Source: a virus (lineage: Duplodnaviria > Heunggongvirae > Uroviricota > Caudoviricetes). Taken from it: a stretch of 59,894 bases of DNA. Shown one piece after another: positions 15,574 to 22,845 of this stretch; within the stretch, counting starts at the first letter, position 1; the number at the start of each line of letters is the position of its first letter. The position numbers and the translations under genes are program-made. The stretch lies in the IMG/VR virus record IMGVR_UViG_2974697560_000001; one strand, 5' to 3'. The notes beneath the pieces are model-generated. The model was not told where the DNA came from. It saw nothing but the letters and a program-made list of their open reading frames with translations, and made no database searches.

Positions 15574-16006
15574 CGCGTAGCTTCTCCTTGATTTTCGTTG
15601 TGGACATTCCAGTACGTCTATCAATATAGATAAGAATCAGGTCATTCTCGTCAAGCCACTCCTTGGTGAATTGCATCTGACCGTAGTAATCTCTACCGGC
15701 CCAATCTGAACCGATGGCAATCACTTCAATTCTATGAGTCTCAGATGCGAGAACGATTGTCTTCTTTGAGTCCTCTTCACCAATGTTAGGAATAACAAGG
15801 TCAACGTAGCGACATGACTCCAGAACTAGCTTTCGCTCTCTGAATGTCTGTACAGGAGGATTACTCTTGAACCGAGCAATGAACTCATCTGTATTAAGAG
15901 CTACGACAACCCTTCCATCACCGGCCAAGCGCTTACAAGACCTAAGAAGTTCTACATGACCTTCATGAAACAGGTCAAACGTTCCTCCCGTATATACGTT
16001 AGGCAA
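15566..16006 (-). CDS. TagD-like cytidylyltransferase
   Basis: YTGGTFDLFHEGH (HxGH), ER..VLESCRYVD, GSDW, MSTT. Confidence 0.9.
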   Translation of the reverse strand: MPNVYTGGTFDLFHEGHVELLRSCKRLAGDGRVVVALNTDEFIARFKSNPPVQTFRERKLVLESCRYVDLVIPNIGEEDSKKTIVLASETHRIEVIAIGSDWAGRDYYGQMQFTKEWLDENDLILIYIDRRTGMSTTKIKEKLRDA

Positions 16007-16643
16007 GGCGCTCGATATCCTTTGCTAGATTGTGCTTCACATACTCATTGAAGGCCCTTTCGTCGTTTTCCCATACCGGGCCTGCATTGGCCTCTTCGTA
16101 TGTCTTATCGTGCTGTGCCTTTCCAGCATACGGATGAAGGTGCTCGATGTCAACATGCTCAAGGTAAGTCAGCGTTCCTAGAGCATCGCCTAGGACTTTC
16201 CAGTAGTTGTCAGCAAATAGATGAATGAAGGTTGGCGGAACCATATACCCAAGCGTTTTTACAATGCGAGAGTCCAGGAATACTCCTGTGGGAAGCCCTT
16301 CTCTCTGGTGCCCATCGTTAGCGTAGGCCACCATGTTTCGCTTGAATACGTTGGTGATTTCGTAATCCCACCGATATGTCTGAGGCAGGGTGTCATCACC
16401 AAGGAATCCGATAATCTCGTAGTCGTCTGCATACATCGCAGAAACATCATTCAGCGTACCGACGAGCCTCTTTCTTGGCCCAGTATAAAGGTCAAGATTG
16501 GCTTGCTTGTATTCTTCTAGCTTTTCATCATCGTCATCCACGCAAAACAACACATCAACATCTGCTGTAGTTTGAATTGCGTGACTGAGCCTGATAGCGT
16601 TCTCTGGTCGTCCCCTTGTAGGAACCAAAACCATAATCCTCAT
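15999..16643 (-). CDS. Glycosyltransferase family 2 (GT-A)
   Basis: VLVPTRGRP, FCVDDDD, FLGDD DxD-type motif, LFADN. Confidence 0.8.
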   Translation of the reverse strand: MRIMVLVPTRGRPENAIRLSHAIQTTADVDVLFCVDDDDEKLEEYKQANLDLYTGPRKRLVGTLNDVSAMYADDYEIIGFLGDDTLPQTYRWDYEITNVFKRNMVAYANDGHQREGLPTGVFLDSRIVKTLGYMVPPTFIHLFADNYWKVLGDALGTLTYLEHVDIEHLHPYAGKAQHDKTYEEANAGPVWENDERAFNEYVKHNLAKDIERLA

Positions 16644-17266
16644 GCGTAGTCCGTCTCTTGTACGATGCTCTTTTCTAGACCTGTGATATACACTAGGTCA
16701 GCCCAGGTGGGCTTTGAGCAATATCCATTTAGCTCACCGGCCTTGGCGTACATGTAAAGGGTGTCGTCGTACTGGCCAGTCAATCCGTCTCGTTCGAGCA
16801 GAGCCTTTATCTTTTGAGCGCCCTGCTCGGAATACATCATTGAAACCCCACCATATCTCTGATAGACCTTGGTAAGACTTCTGCTGACGCCATCTCGTCG
16901 TTCATCGAACATCTTGTCAGAGTCTCTTGGAATAAAGAGTGAGAAGAAGTCCCAATCGGAAGGCAATTCTGCTACACGCTGCTCGAAATTAGCCTGAAAG
17001 TCGTCATGTAGCAAAGCGTCATCCTCAAAGGTCACGATGGGTGCCTTTTCGATTGCGTTCAGTACGCTGTACCAAATGCCAAGATGGCCCAGACGTGCAT
17101 CCCAATTGATTTCGTATGGGTGCTTTGCCTGAGCCTCACGAAGTTCGTCAATATCACGTCCATCTACCGCAGAAACGCGAACATGCTCCCAGCCTTCTAG
17201 CTTTGGGAGCATCTTTTGAATGTAGTGCAGACGAGAATAGTCAATGCTGAATATTGTGTATCTCAT
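16640..17266 (-). CDS. Glycosyltransferase family 25-like
   Basis: VSAVDGR, GHLGIWYS, VTFEDDA, MYSEQGAQK. Confidence 0.75.
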   Translation of the reverse strand: MRYTIFSIDYSRLHYIQKMLPKLEGWEHVRVSAVDGRDIDELREAQAKHPYEINWDARLGHLGIWYSVLNAIEKAPIVTFEDDALLHDDFQANFEQRVAELPSDWDFFSLFIPRDSDKMFDERRDGVSRSLTKVYQRYGGVSMMYSEQGAQKIKALLERDGLTGQYDDTLYMYAKAGELNGYCSKPTWADLVYITGLEKSIVQETDYA

Positions 17267-17283
17267 ATCTCTATTTCTGTGAG

Positions 17284-17355
17284 AGCCCCATCTCGGAGTC
17301 GAACCGAGGACACTTCGTTACGAAGGAAGTATGTTTCCGTTAACACTAATGGGGC
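17284..17355 (-). tRNA. tRNA-Thr (anticodon CGT)
   Basis: GCCCCAT/ATGGGGC acceptor, TT-CGT-AA loop, CTCGG-TTCGACT-CCGAG T arm; no encoded CCA. Confidence 0.88.
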
Positions 17356-17365
17356 AGTGGTGAAA

Positions 17366-17839
17366 TCAGAGCTTCCACCAGGCTCGTCTACGACGACGAC
17401 GGGACTTCTTTACCTTTATTACGCTTAGTATACACAAAGCGACGGCAACAGTCAAGACTACAGGACTGGCACCAAAGTAAAAGAGCACTCCAGTGAATCC
17501 AAAGAGCGCAATCCGTAGTTTCCATAGGGAACTAATTATGCTAGGTCTTCTAGGTGCTGGCCTTGTACTACCGGCGAATCTTGCACCCTTGCTTTGGTTG
17601 CATCTCAAGTGAGCGAGAGCCACATTGCCCCAAACATGACCAGGAGAGTTCTCACGCCAACTAAGTGGAGTGATGTGGTCCAGCGAAGCAGATTTGGGGT
17701 GAGGATACTTCAATCTCTTGTTCACCCTTTTGTTGCAAAGGTGACATACCCAATTTGACTGCGCGTAGACTTGAGCCCTGGTGATGCTTGGGTCATATGG
17801 AACACCGTACTCTATGCAACGGTCTTCATCTGTCTTCAT
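17366..17839 (-). CDS. HNH nuclease with C-terminal transmembrane segments
   Basis: CHLC...SLDHITPLS...GHVWGNVALAHLRCNQSKG, then two hydrophobic helices and a poly-Arg tail. Confidence 0.75.
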   Translation of the reverse strand: MKTDEDRCIEYGVPYDPSITRAQVYAQSNWVCHLCNKRVNKRLKYPHPKSASLDHITPLSWRENSPGHVWGNVALAHLRCNQSKGARFAGSTRPAPRRPSIISSLWKLRIALFGFTGVLFYFGASPVVLTVAVALCILSVIKVKKSRRRRRRAWWKL

Positions 17840-17866
17840 AACAGAAGCATAGCACGATTGTCAAGC

Positions 17867-18415
17867 TTAGTACCAGTTGTTACGCTGGAAGAATGCCCAT
17901 GCATTGCAAGGGGAACCGTAACGGTCTTCGATGTAATCCACGCCCCATTCCACCTGCGTAAATGGATTGGTCTTCCAATCTCCACCAGCTTTAGCCATCT
18001 TCGAGCCCGGTAGAGCTTGAGGAATCCCATAAGCACCTGATGTGGAGTTTACTGCCTTTTCGTTCCATTCACTCTCATGATGCCATAGATGATTCAGGCA
18101 AGAGAACTGCTTGGAACCAACCTTCTCCTTTGCAAATTCCTTTGGAGTAGGCTTCGGAATTGGCTTTCGCACAAGAAGCGAACTCAAAGAAGGGTTGGGA
18201 GAAGGTGAAGATGTCAGACTAGGCTGTGGTACAGCCTTTGGAGCCTCACTCTTGCTTGGTGTTGCCGTTGGCGATGATGATTGACGTTCAGCTACCGGCT
18301 TTGGAACATCCAAAGGCAGATTGCCTGTCTCTGACAAAGCAGTTACAACTGTTGCTGTAGCCACTCCTATACACAGAGCAATGGCAGCTATATTGCCCCT
18401 CATATCCTGACCCAT
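17867..18415 (-). CDS. Secreted lytic-transglycosylase (SLT-like) protein
   Basis: Signal-like N-terminus, Pro/Ser linker, CLNHLWHHESEWN, SGAYGIPQALPG, YIEDRYGSPCNAW. Confidence 0.85.
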   Translation of the reverse strand: MGQDMRGNIAAIALCIGVATATVVTALSETGNLPLDVPKPVAERQSSSPTATPSKSEAPKAVPQPSLTSSPSPNPSLSSLLVRKPIPKPTPKEFAKEKVGSKQFSCLNHLWHHESEWNEKAVNSTSGAYGIPQALPGSKMAKAGGDWKTNPFTQVEWGVDYIEDRYGSPCNAWAFFQRNNWY

Positions 18416-18469
18416 TGATACCTCCAAGTTGAGTTGGTCCAATGAGTCTACAGATGTAACGGTTCTGTG

Positions 18470-18640
18470 TCAAGAGAGTACAGAGATGTACTTAACAATC
18501 TTCACAGAGAGTGCACCATCTGCTTCAAGCTCTGCCTTCTCGATGACAGCTTCGGCATGAGATACAAGTTCATCTGTTTCCTTGATTTCTCCCTTAGTAT
18601 TTCTGTACTTTAGGAAATATCCTTTAACTTCTACAGACAT
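18470..18640 (-). CDS. Hypothetical protein (56 aa)
   Basis: MSVEVKGYFLKYRNTKGE...; AAGGAAGG RBS; stop overlaps the TTGACA of the next promoter. Confidence 0.6.
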   Translation of the reverse strand: MSVEVKGYFLKYRNTKGEIKETDELVSHAEAVIEKAELEADGALSVKIVKYISVLS

Positions 18641-18861
18641 TCTAATTACCTTCCTTGAGAGAGATTAGTAAGTATTTTCATGAGGTTACGTAGTAACCTC
18701 ATCTACTAACATCGTTAGATGTTAGTAGTTAATTTATATAGTCCCGCTATGAAATAGCGGGTCTTACACACCCCACCAGGTCGAAACTGGAAGCAGTGAC
18801 CGCAGAGGAAGGTAAGACCCTTGGAGAACCCTTCGACCGTTAGTCGGATTTTCGAGCACGC

Positions 18862-18944
18862 AAAAGTGCCCCGGAAGGCTGGGACCAATCCGGGGCACTA
18901 ATAAGACTAGCGCTTCTCCTGACGCTGGTCCCAGCAGCATCTAT
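18862..18944 (-). ncRNA. Candidate pseudoknotted sRNA or attenuator
   Basis: Promoter TTGACG-17-TACTAT (18949-18977); ends in an 11-bp hairpin plus TTTT whose loop is complementary to the 5' GCTGGGACCA. Confidence 0.45.
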
Positions 18945-18948
18945 TGAG

Positions 18949-19044
18949 ATAGTAGCACACGCTGTTTCCTGCGTCAAACTAAGCGAAGTTGAGGCGTACC
19001 TCAACCACTGATATAATCGTAGCACACGCAAGAAGCAGTGTCAA
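18949..19044. promoter_or_regulatory. Divergent promoter cluster
   Basis: Minus TTGACG-17-TACTAT, minus TTGACA-17-TACGAT, plus TTGAGG-17-TATAAT; palindrome GTTGAGG-CGTA-CCTCAAC at 18988-19005. Confidence 0.75.
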
Positions 19045-19059
19045 CGACGAAGGGAAGCT

Positions 19060-20028
19060 ATGAATATCAGCTTTTCAACTATTCCGGGGAACTTGAACAC
19101 GACCATTGGATATGGCGTGGCCGGATTCAACATGGTTCGCAGTCTACAGAAGCTAGGTCACAGAGTACCCTTCGCAGACAAGAGCTGTCCGATTGAAATC
19201 TTCTTCTCCCAGCCAGAATACTGGGAATGGAGCAATCAGTTCAACTACCATATCGGTTATACTCCTTGGGAGTCAACTCAACTTCCACCGGGCTGGCTTG
19301 AGCATATGAATCTTGCTGATGAGGTCTGGACCACATCAGAAATCATTCGCAGATGGTACACAGCAGCCGGTGTGAAGAATGTTAGAGTTTATCCACATGG
19401 GATTGACCCAATTTGGACTCCCAAGAACAGAAACATCTACGAGAAGATGCGATTCCTGCACATGGGAGAGCCTGCACCTCGTAAGGGCGGACAAATGGCT
19501 GTCGATGCATTCAGGGCAGCATTCGGAGACAATCCAGATGTCGAGCTGACTGTAAAGGCTCACAGACTGAATAACGCCCGGCGCATTGAGAACGGTAGAA
19601 TCCTTGGACCCATTACAGACTACAGCAATGTAAAGCTAGTTACACAGGAACTCCCAGAAGACCATCTGGTCGGCTTCGTGAAGCAGTTCCATTGCATGGT
19701 CTATCCAAGTTGGGGAGAAGGCTTCGGCCTCATTCCGTTCCAGGCATTGGCCACAGGAATGCCCACAATCTGTACAGGCAAATGGGCGCATTACAAGGAC
19801 TATCTTGGCCCATTGAGCCTTGATTCAAAGCTGGTGGACTCACCATGGCCTGGTGTGCATCCAGGAAAGATGCTTGAGCCTAGCTTCGATGACCTGGTAG
19901 ACAAGTATCGTTTTGCATACGAACACTTTGATTCATTGAGCAGCTATTTTTACCTACAGGCACCTAAGTTGCACGCAGAGTACAACTGGGAAAAGCTCAC
20001 CGAAGAAGCCTTCGCCCACTTGATTTAA
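19060..20028 (+). CDS. Glycosyltransferase family 4 (GT-B)
   Basis: YTPWEST, ADEVWTTS, VYPHGID, PRKGG, VYPSWGEGFGLIPFQALATGMPTI. Confidence 0.88.
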   Translation: MNISFSTIPGNLNTTIGYGVAGFNMVRSLQKLGHRVPFADKSCPIEIFFSQPEYWEWSNQFNYHIGYTPWESTQLPPGWLEHMNLADEVWTTSEIIRRWYTAAGVKNVRVYPHGIDPIWTPKNRNIYEKMRFLHMGEPAPRKGGQMAVDAFRAAFGDNPDVELTVKAHRLNNARRIENGRILGPITDYSNVKLVTQELPEDHLVGFVKQFHCMVYPSWGEGFGLIPFQALATGMPTICTGKWAHYKDYLGPLSLDSKLVDSPWPGVHPGKMLEPSFDDLVDKYRFAYEHFDSLSSYFYLQAPKLHAEYNWEKLTEEAFAHLI

Positions 20029-20062
20029 GTGGGCGTTTGCTGTAGCATAGAGGAACTACGCG

Positions 20063-22060
20063 ATGATAGCCGTGCCTAACGAAGCACGGCCAGAAGGGAT
20101 TTTTACTTTGACTTTGGTCGATGAAAAGGGCTTCCTCACGGACCCTTATAGAAACTTCATCCACACCAGTCGATACGCAAGGTACCGTGATGACCTTGGC
20201 AGACGTGAGACTTTTGTGGAGACTGTTGACCGCTACATGAATTACATGCGGAACAGTCTGATTAACAATCACGGATACGGAGTTCCCGAAGAGGAATATG
20301 ACCTCGTTCGGGACTTTATTCTTGAGCAGGCAGCAATGCCCTCCATGCGTGCCATGATGACTGCTGGACCAGCGCTAGACCGTGACAATGTCGCAGCCTA
20401 CAACTGTTCCTATGTAGTCATTGATGACGTTCGTGCTTTCGATGAGATTCTTTATATTCTCATGAATGGTACTGGCGTCGGCTTCTCTGTCGAAGAGAAG
20501 TACGTTCGAAAGCTTCCTGTCATTGCAGAGGAGTTCGAGGCTACTGAAACAGTGGTTAAGGTAGCTGACAGTAAGGAAGGTTGGGCCCGAGCATATCGTG
20601 AGGTTCTAAGTCTTCTCTGGGGTGGTCGAGTACCACGCTGGGACACCTCTAAGGTACGCCCTGCGGGCGCGAGGCTAAAGACTTTTGGTGGTAGGGCATC
20701 TGGTCCAGGTCCACTAGAACAGCTTTTCCAGTTCACGATTGACATCTTCACCAAGGCGGCCGGTAGGCAGTTGACCTCTCTTGAGGCTCATGACCTTGTA
20801 TGTAAGATTGCAGAAGTAGTTGTTGTTGGTGGAGTAAGGCGCTCAGCGCTTATTTCTCTTTCCGACCTTTCCGACCTTCGTCTGGCAACAGCAAAGTCCG
20901 GTAATTGGTGGGAGAGTCAGCCTCAGCGTGCTCTTGCAAACAATTCAGTAGCTTACACAAGCAAGCCTGACATGACTGCGTTCATGGCTGAATGGAAGAA
21001 CCTTTACGACTCCAAGTCTGGAGAGCGTGGAATCTTCAATCGCCAGGCAGCAGTCAAGCAGGTACTTAAGAATGAAAGGCGAGATGGTAATTTCGACTTC
21101 GGAACTAATCCATGTAGCGAGATTATCCTTCGACCTAATCAGTTCTGTAACCTGACTGAGATTGTTGTCCGTCCAGACGACAATGCTGAAAGCCTGATGC
21201 GAAAGGTGAAGGCCGCTACAATCCTCGGAACGTGGCAGTCAACGCTTACTAACTTCAAGTACCTTCGCAAGATTTGGAAGAAGAACACCGAAGAAGAAAG
21301 ATTGCTTGGCGTTTCTCTTACCGGCCAGTTCGGTAACAGACTGATGTCAGGCCAGGAAGGTATGAAGGAGCTAAAGGATGTCCTTGAAGCTCTTAAGTAC
21401 CAGGCGATTGCTGTAAACGCTGCGACTGCTGATGCTATTGGCATTCCTCGTTCCGCTGCAATCACTTGCGTAAAGCCTTCTGGAACGGTCTCTCAGCTTG
21501 TTGGCGTTCCTTCCGGAATGCACACAGAGCATGACCACTTCTACATTCGAACGGTACGAGGAGACAACAAGGACCCTCTTACTCAGTTCCTTAAGGACAG
21601 TGGAGTTCCAAACGAGCCTGACGTAATGAAGCCAAATGACACCACAGTCTTTAGCTTCCCTAAGAAGGCTGCCGATGGCGCTCTTACTCGAAATGACCTA
21701 ACGGCAATCGAGCACCTTGAGATTTGGCTAGCCTATCAGCGTCACTGGTGTGAGCACAAGCCATCTATCACGGTTTCTGTCAAGGAACACGAATGGATGG
21801 AAGTGGGAGCTTGGGTTTACAAGCACTTCGATGAGGTGTCAGGAATTTCATTCCTTCCATTCTCTGAGCACACTTACAAGCAGGCTCCATATCAGACCAT
21901 TTCTGAGGCTGAATACAAGGAATGGCTTGAGAAGATGCCTGACGAGATTCAGTGGGACCTTCTTCCTACATACGAAGAAGGCGACAATACGACAGGTTCT
22001 CAGGAACTTGCGTGTAGCGCAGCCGGTGGTTGTGAGGTAGTTGACATTACCTACAATTGA
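20063..22060 (+). CDS. nrdJ: Class II (adenosylcobalamin) ribonucleotide reductase
   Basis: PSMRAMMTAG, YNCSY, GTGVGFSVE, GGVRRSALISL, TNPCSEI, TCVKPSGTVSQL, C-terminal CSAAGGC. Confidence 0.93.
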   Translation: MIAVPNEARPEGIFTLTLVDEKGFLTDPYRNFIHTSRYARYRDDLGRRETFVETVDRYMNYMRNSLINNHGYGVPEEEYDLVRDFILEQAAMPSMRAMMTAGPALDRDNVAAYNCSYVVIDDVRAFDEILYILMNGTGVGFSVEEKYVRKLPVIAEEFEATETVVKVADSKEGWARAYREVLSLLWGGRVPRWDTSKVRPAGARLKTFGGRASGPGPLEQLFQFTIDIFTKAAGRQLTSLEAHDLVCKIAEVVVVGGVRRSALISLSDLSDLRLATAKSGNWWESQPQRALANNSVAYTSKPDMTAFMAEWKNLYDSKSGERGIFNRQAAVKQVLKNERRDGNFDFGTNPCSEIILRPNQFCNLTEIVVRPDDNAESLMRKVKAATILGTWQSTLTNFKYLRKIWKKNTEEERLLGVSLTGQFGNRLMSGQEGMKELKDVLEALKYQAIAVNAATADAIGIPRSAAITCVKPSGTVSQLVGVPSGMHTEHDHFYIRTVRGDNKDPLTQFLKDSGVPNEPDVMKPNDTTVFSFPKKAADGALTRNDLTAIEHLEIWLAYQRHWCEHKPSITVSVKEHEWMEVGAWVYKHFDEVSGISFLPFSEHTYKQAPYQTISEAEYKEWLEKMPDEIQWDLLPTYEEGDNTTGSQELACSAAGGCEVVDITYN

Positions 22061-22078
22061 TAGTACAATTGTAGTGTT

Positions 22079-22759
22079 ATGACAGTCAAGGATAAGTTTG
22101 AAGGGGTCCCGGCTAAATACCGGGACCTTCTTTATTATGAGAATGGCAGACTTCGGGCCAGGTGCACTGAGTGTACAAATACCAGGTCCCTGCGAAGCCT
22201 ATCTGCAACCATCATTACGATGAGGATAGGTTCTTTCACAGGAATGTGTCGTCAATGTGAGCTAAATAATCTAGCTAGAGTGAATGTTCTAACGCCAGAA
22301 GAGGTTTCTGGTATGGACGTGAAGTTCGACTTCGAATCTCAGCGAAGAGAAAAGGGTCACATTGTAATCGATAAGGTTTGTGTTGATTGTGGGGATAGGG
22401 TTACAGTCAGGTCATCCTCCGTCAAGGCAACTCTGAGAGCGGAAGGTACTCCACAGGGTAAATGTAATGCTTGTGCCAAGCCGGGTCAATACATTAGTAC
22501 CACAGGTTATGTAATGCTTAGGATGCCTAACCATCCAGATGCTACAAAGGATGGTTATATTCCAGAACATCGTTGGGTAAAAGAGCAGGAATTGGGAAGA
22601 CGTTTGGAGCGCTCAGAAACTGTTCATCACATCGATGGAAATAAAGTGAACAATGACCCTCTAAATCTCCAGTTGCGTCAAGGCAATCATGGCGCAGGAG
22701 TTAAGTATCAGTGTCTTGATTGCGGAAGTCACAACGTAAAGAATGTAAAGCTGGATTAA
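22079..22759 (+). CDS. HNH endonuclease
   Basis: GYIPEHRWVKEQELGRRL...ETVHHIDGNKVNNDPLNL; several CxxC pairs. Confidence 0.85.
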   Translation: MTVKDKFEGVPAKYRDLLYYENGRLRARCTECTNTRSLRSLSATIITMRIGSFTGMCRQCELNNLARVNVLTPEEVSGMDVKFDFESQRREKGHIVIDKVCVDCGDRVTVRSSSVKATLRAEGTPQGKCNACAKPGQYISTTGYVMLRMPNHPDATKDGYIPEHRWVKEQELGRRLERSETVHHIDGNKVNNDPLNLQLRQGNHGAGVKYQCLDCGSHNVKNVKLD

Positions 22760-22763
22760 AAGA

Positions 22764-22793
22764 GGCCGGTACTTTCGAGTACCGGCCCTTTTG
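22764..22793 (+). terminator. Terminator fused to the endolysin promoter
   Basis: GGCCGGTACT-TTCG-AGTACCGGCC-CTTTTG; TTGCTT-17-TATACT follows. Confidence 0.8.
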
Positions 22794-22845
22794 CTTCATA
22801 GCCAATACCTCCTTATACTATTAATCGAAGGAGGTGAATGCGAAA

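Noticed and set aside
18680-18944. c-di-AMP (ydaO) riboswitch or tmRNA upstream of the wall hydrolase
   Set aside because: Conserved ydaO elements and the tmRNA tRNA-like ends could not be found on either strand
20063-22060. Inteins or introns in nrdJ, dnaB, primase or thyX
   Set aside because: Lengths are ordinary, catalytic motifs are contiguous and no splice-junction motifs are seen
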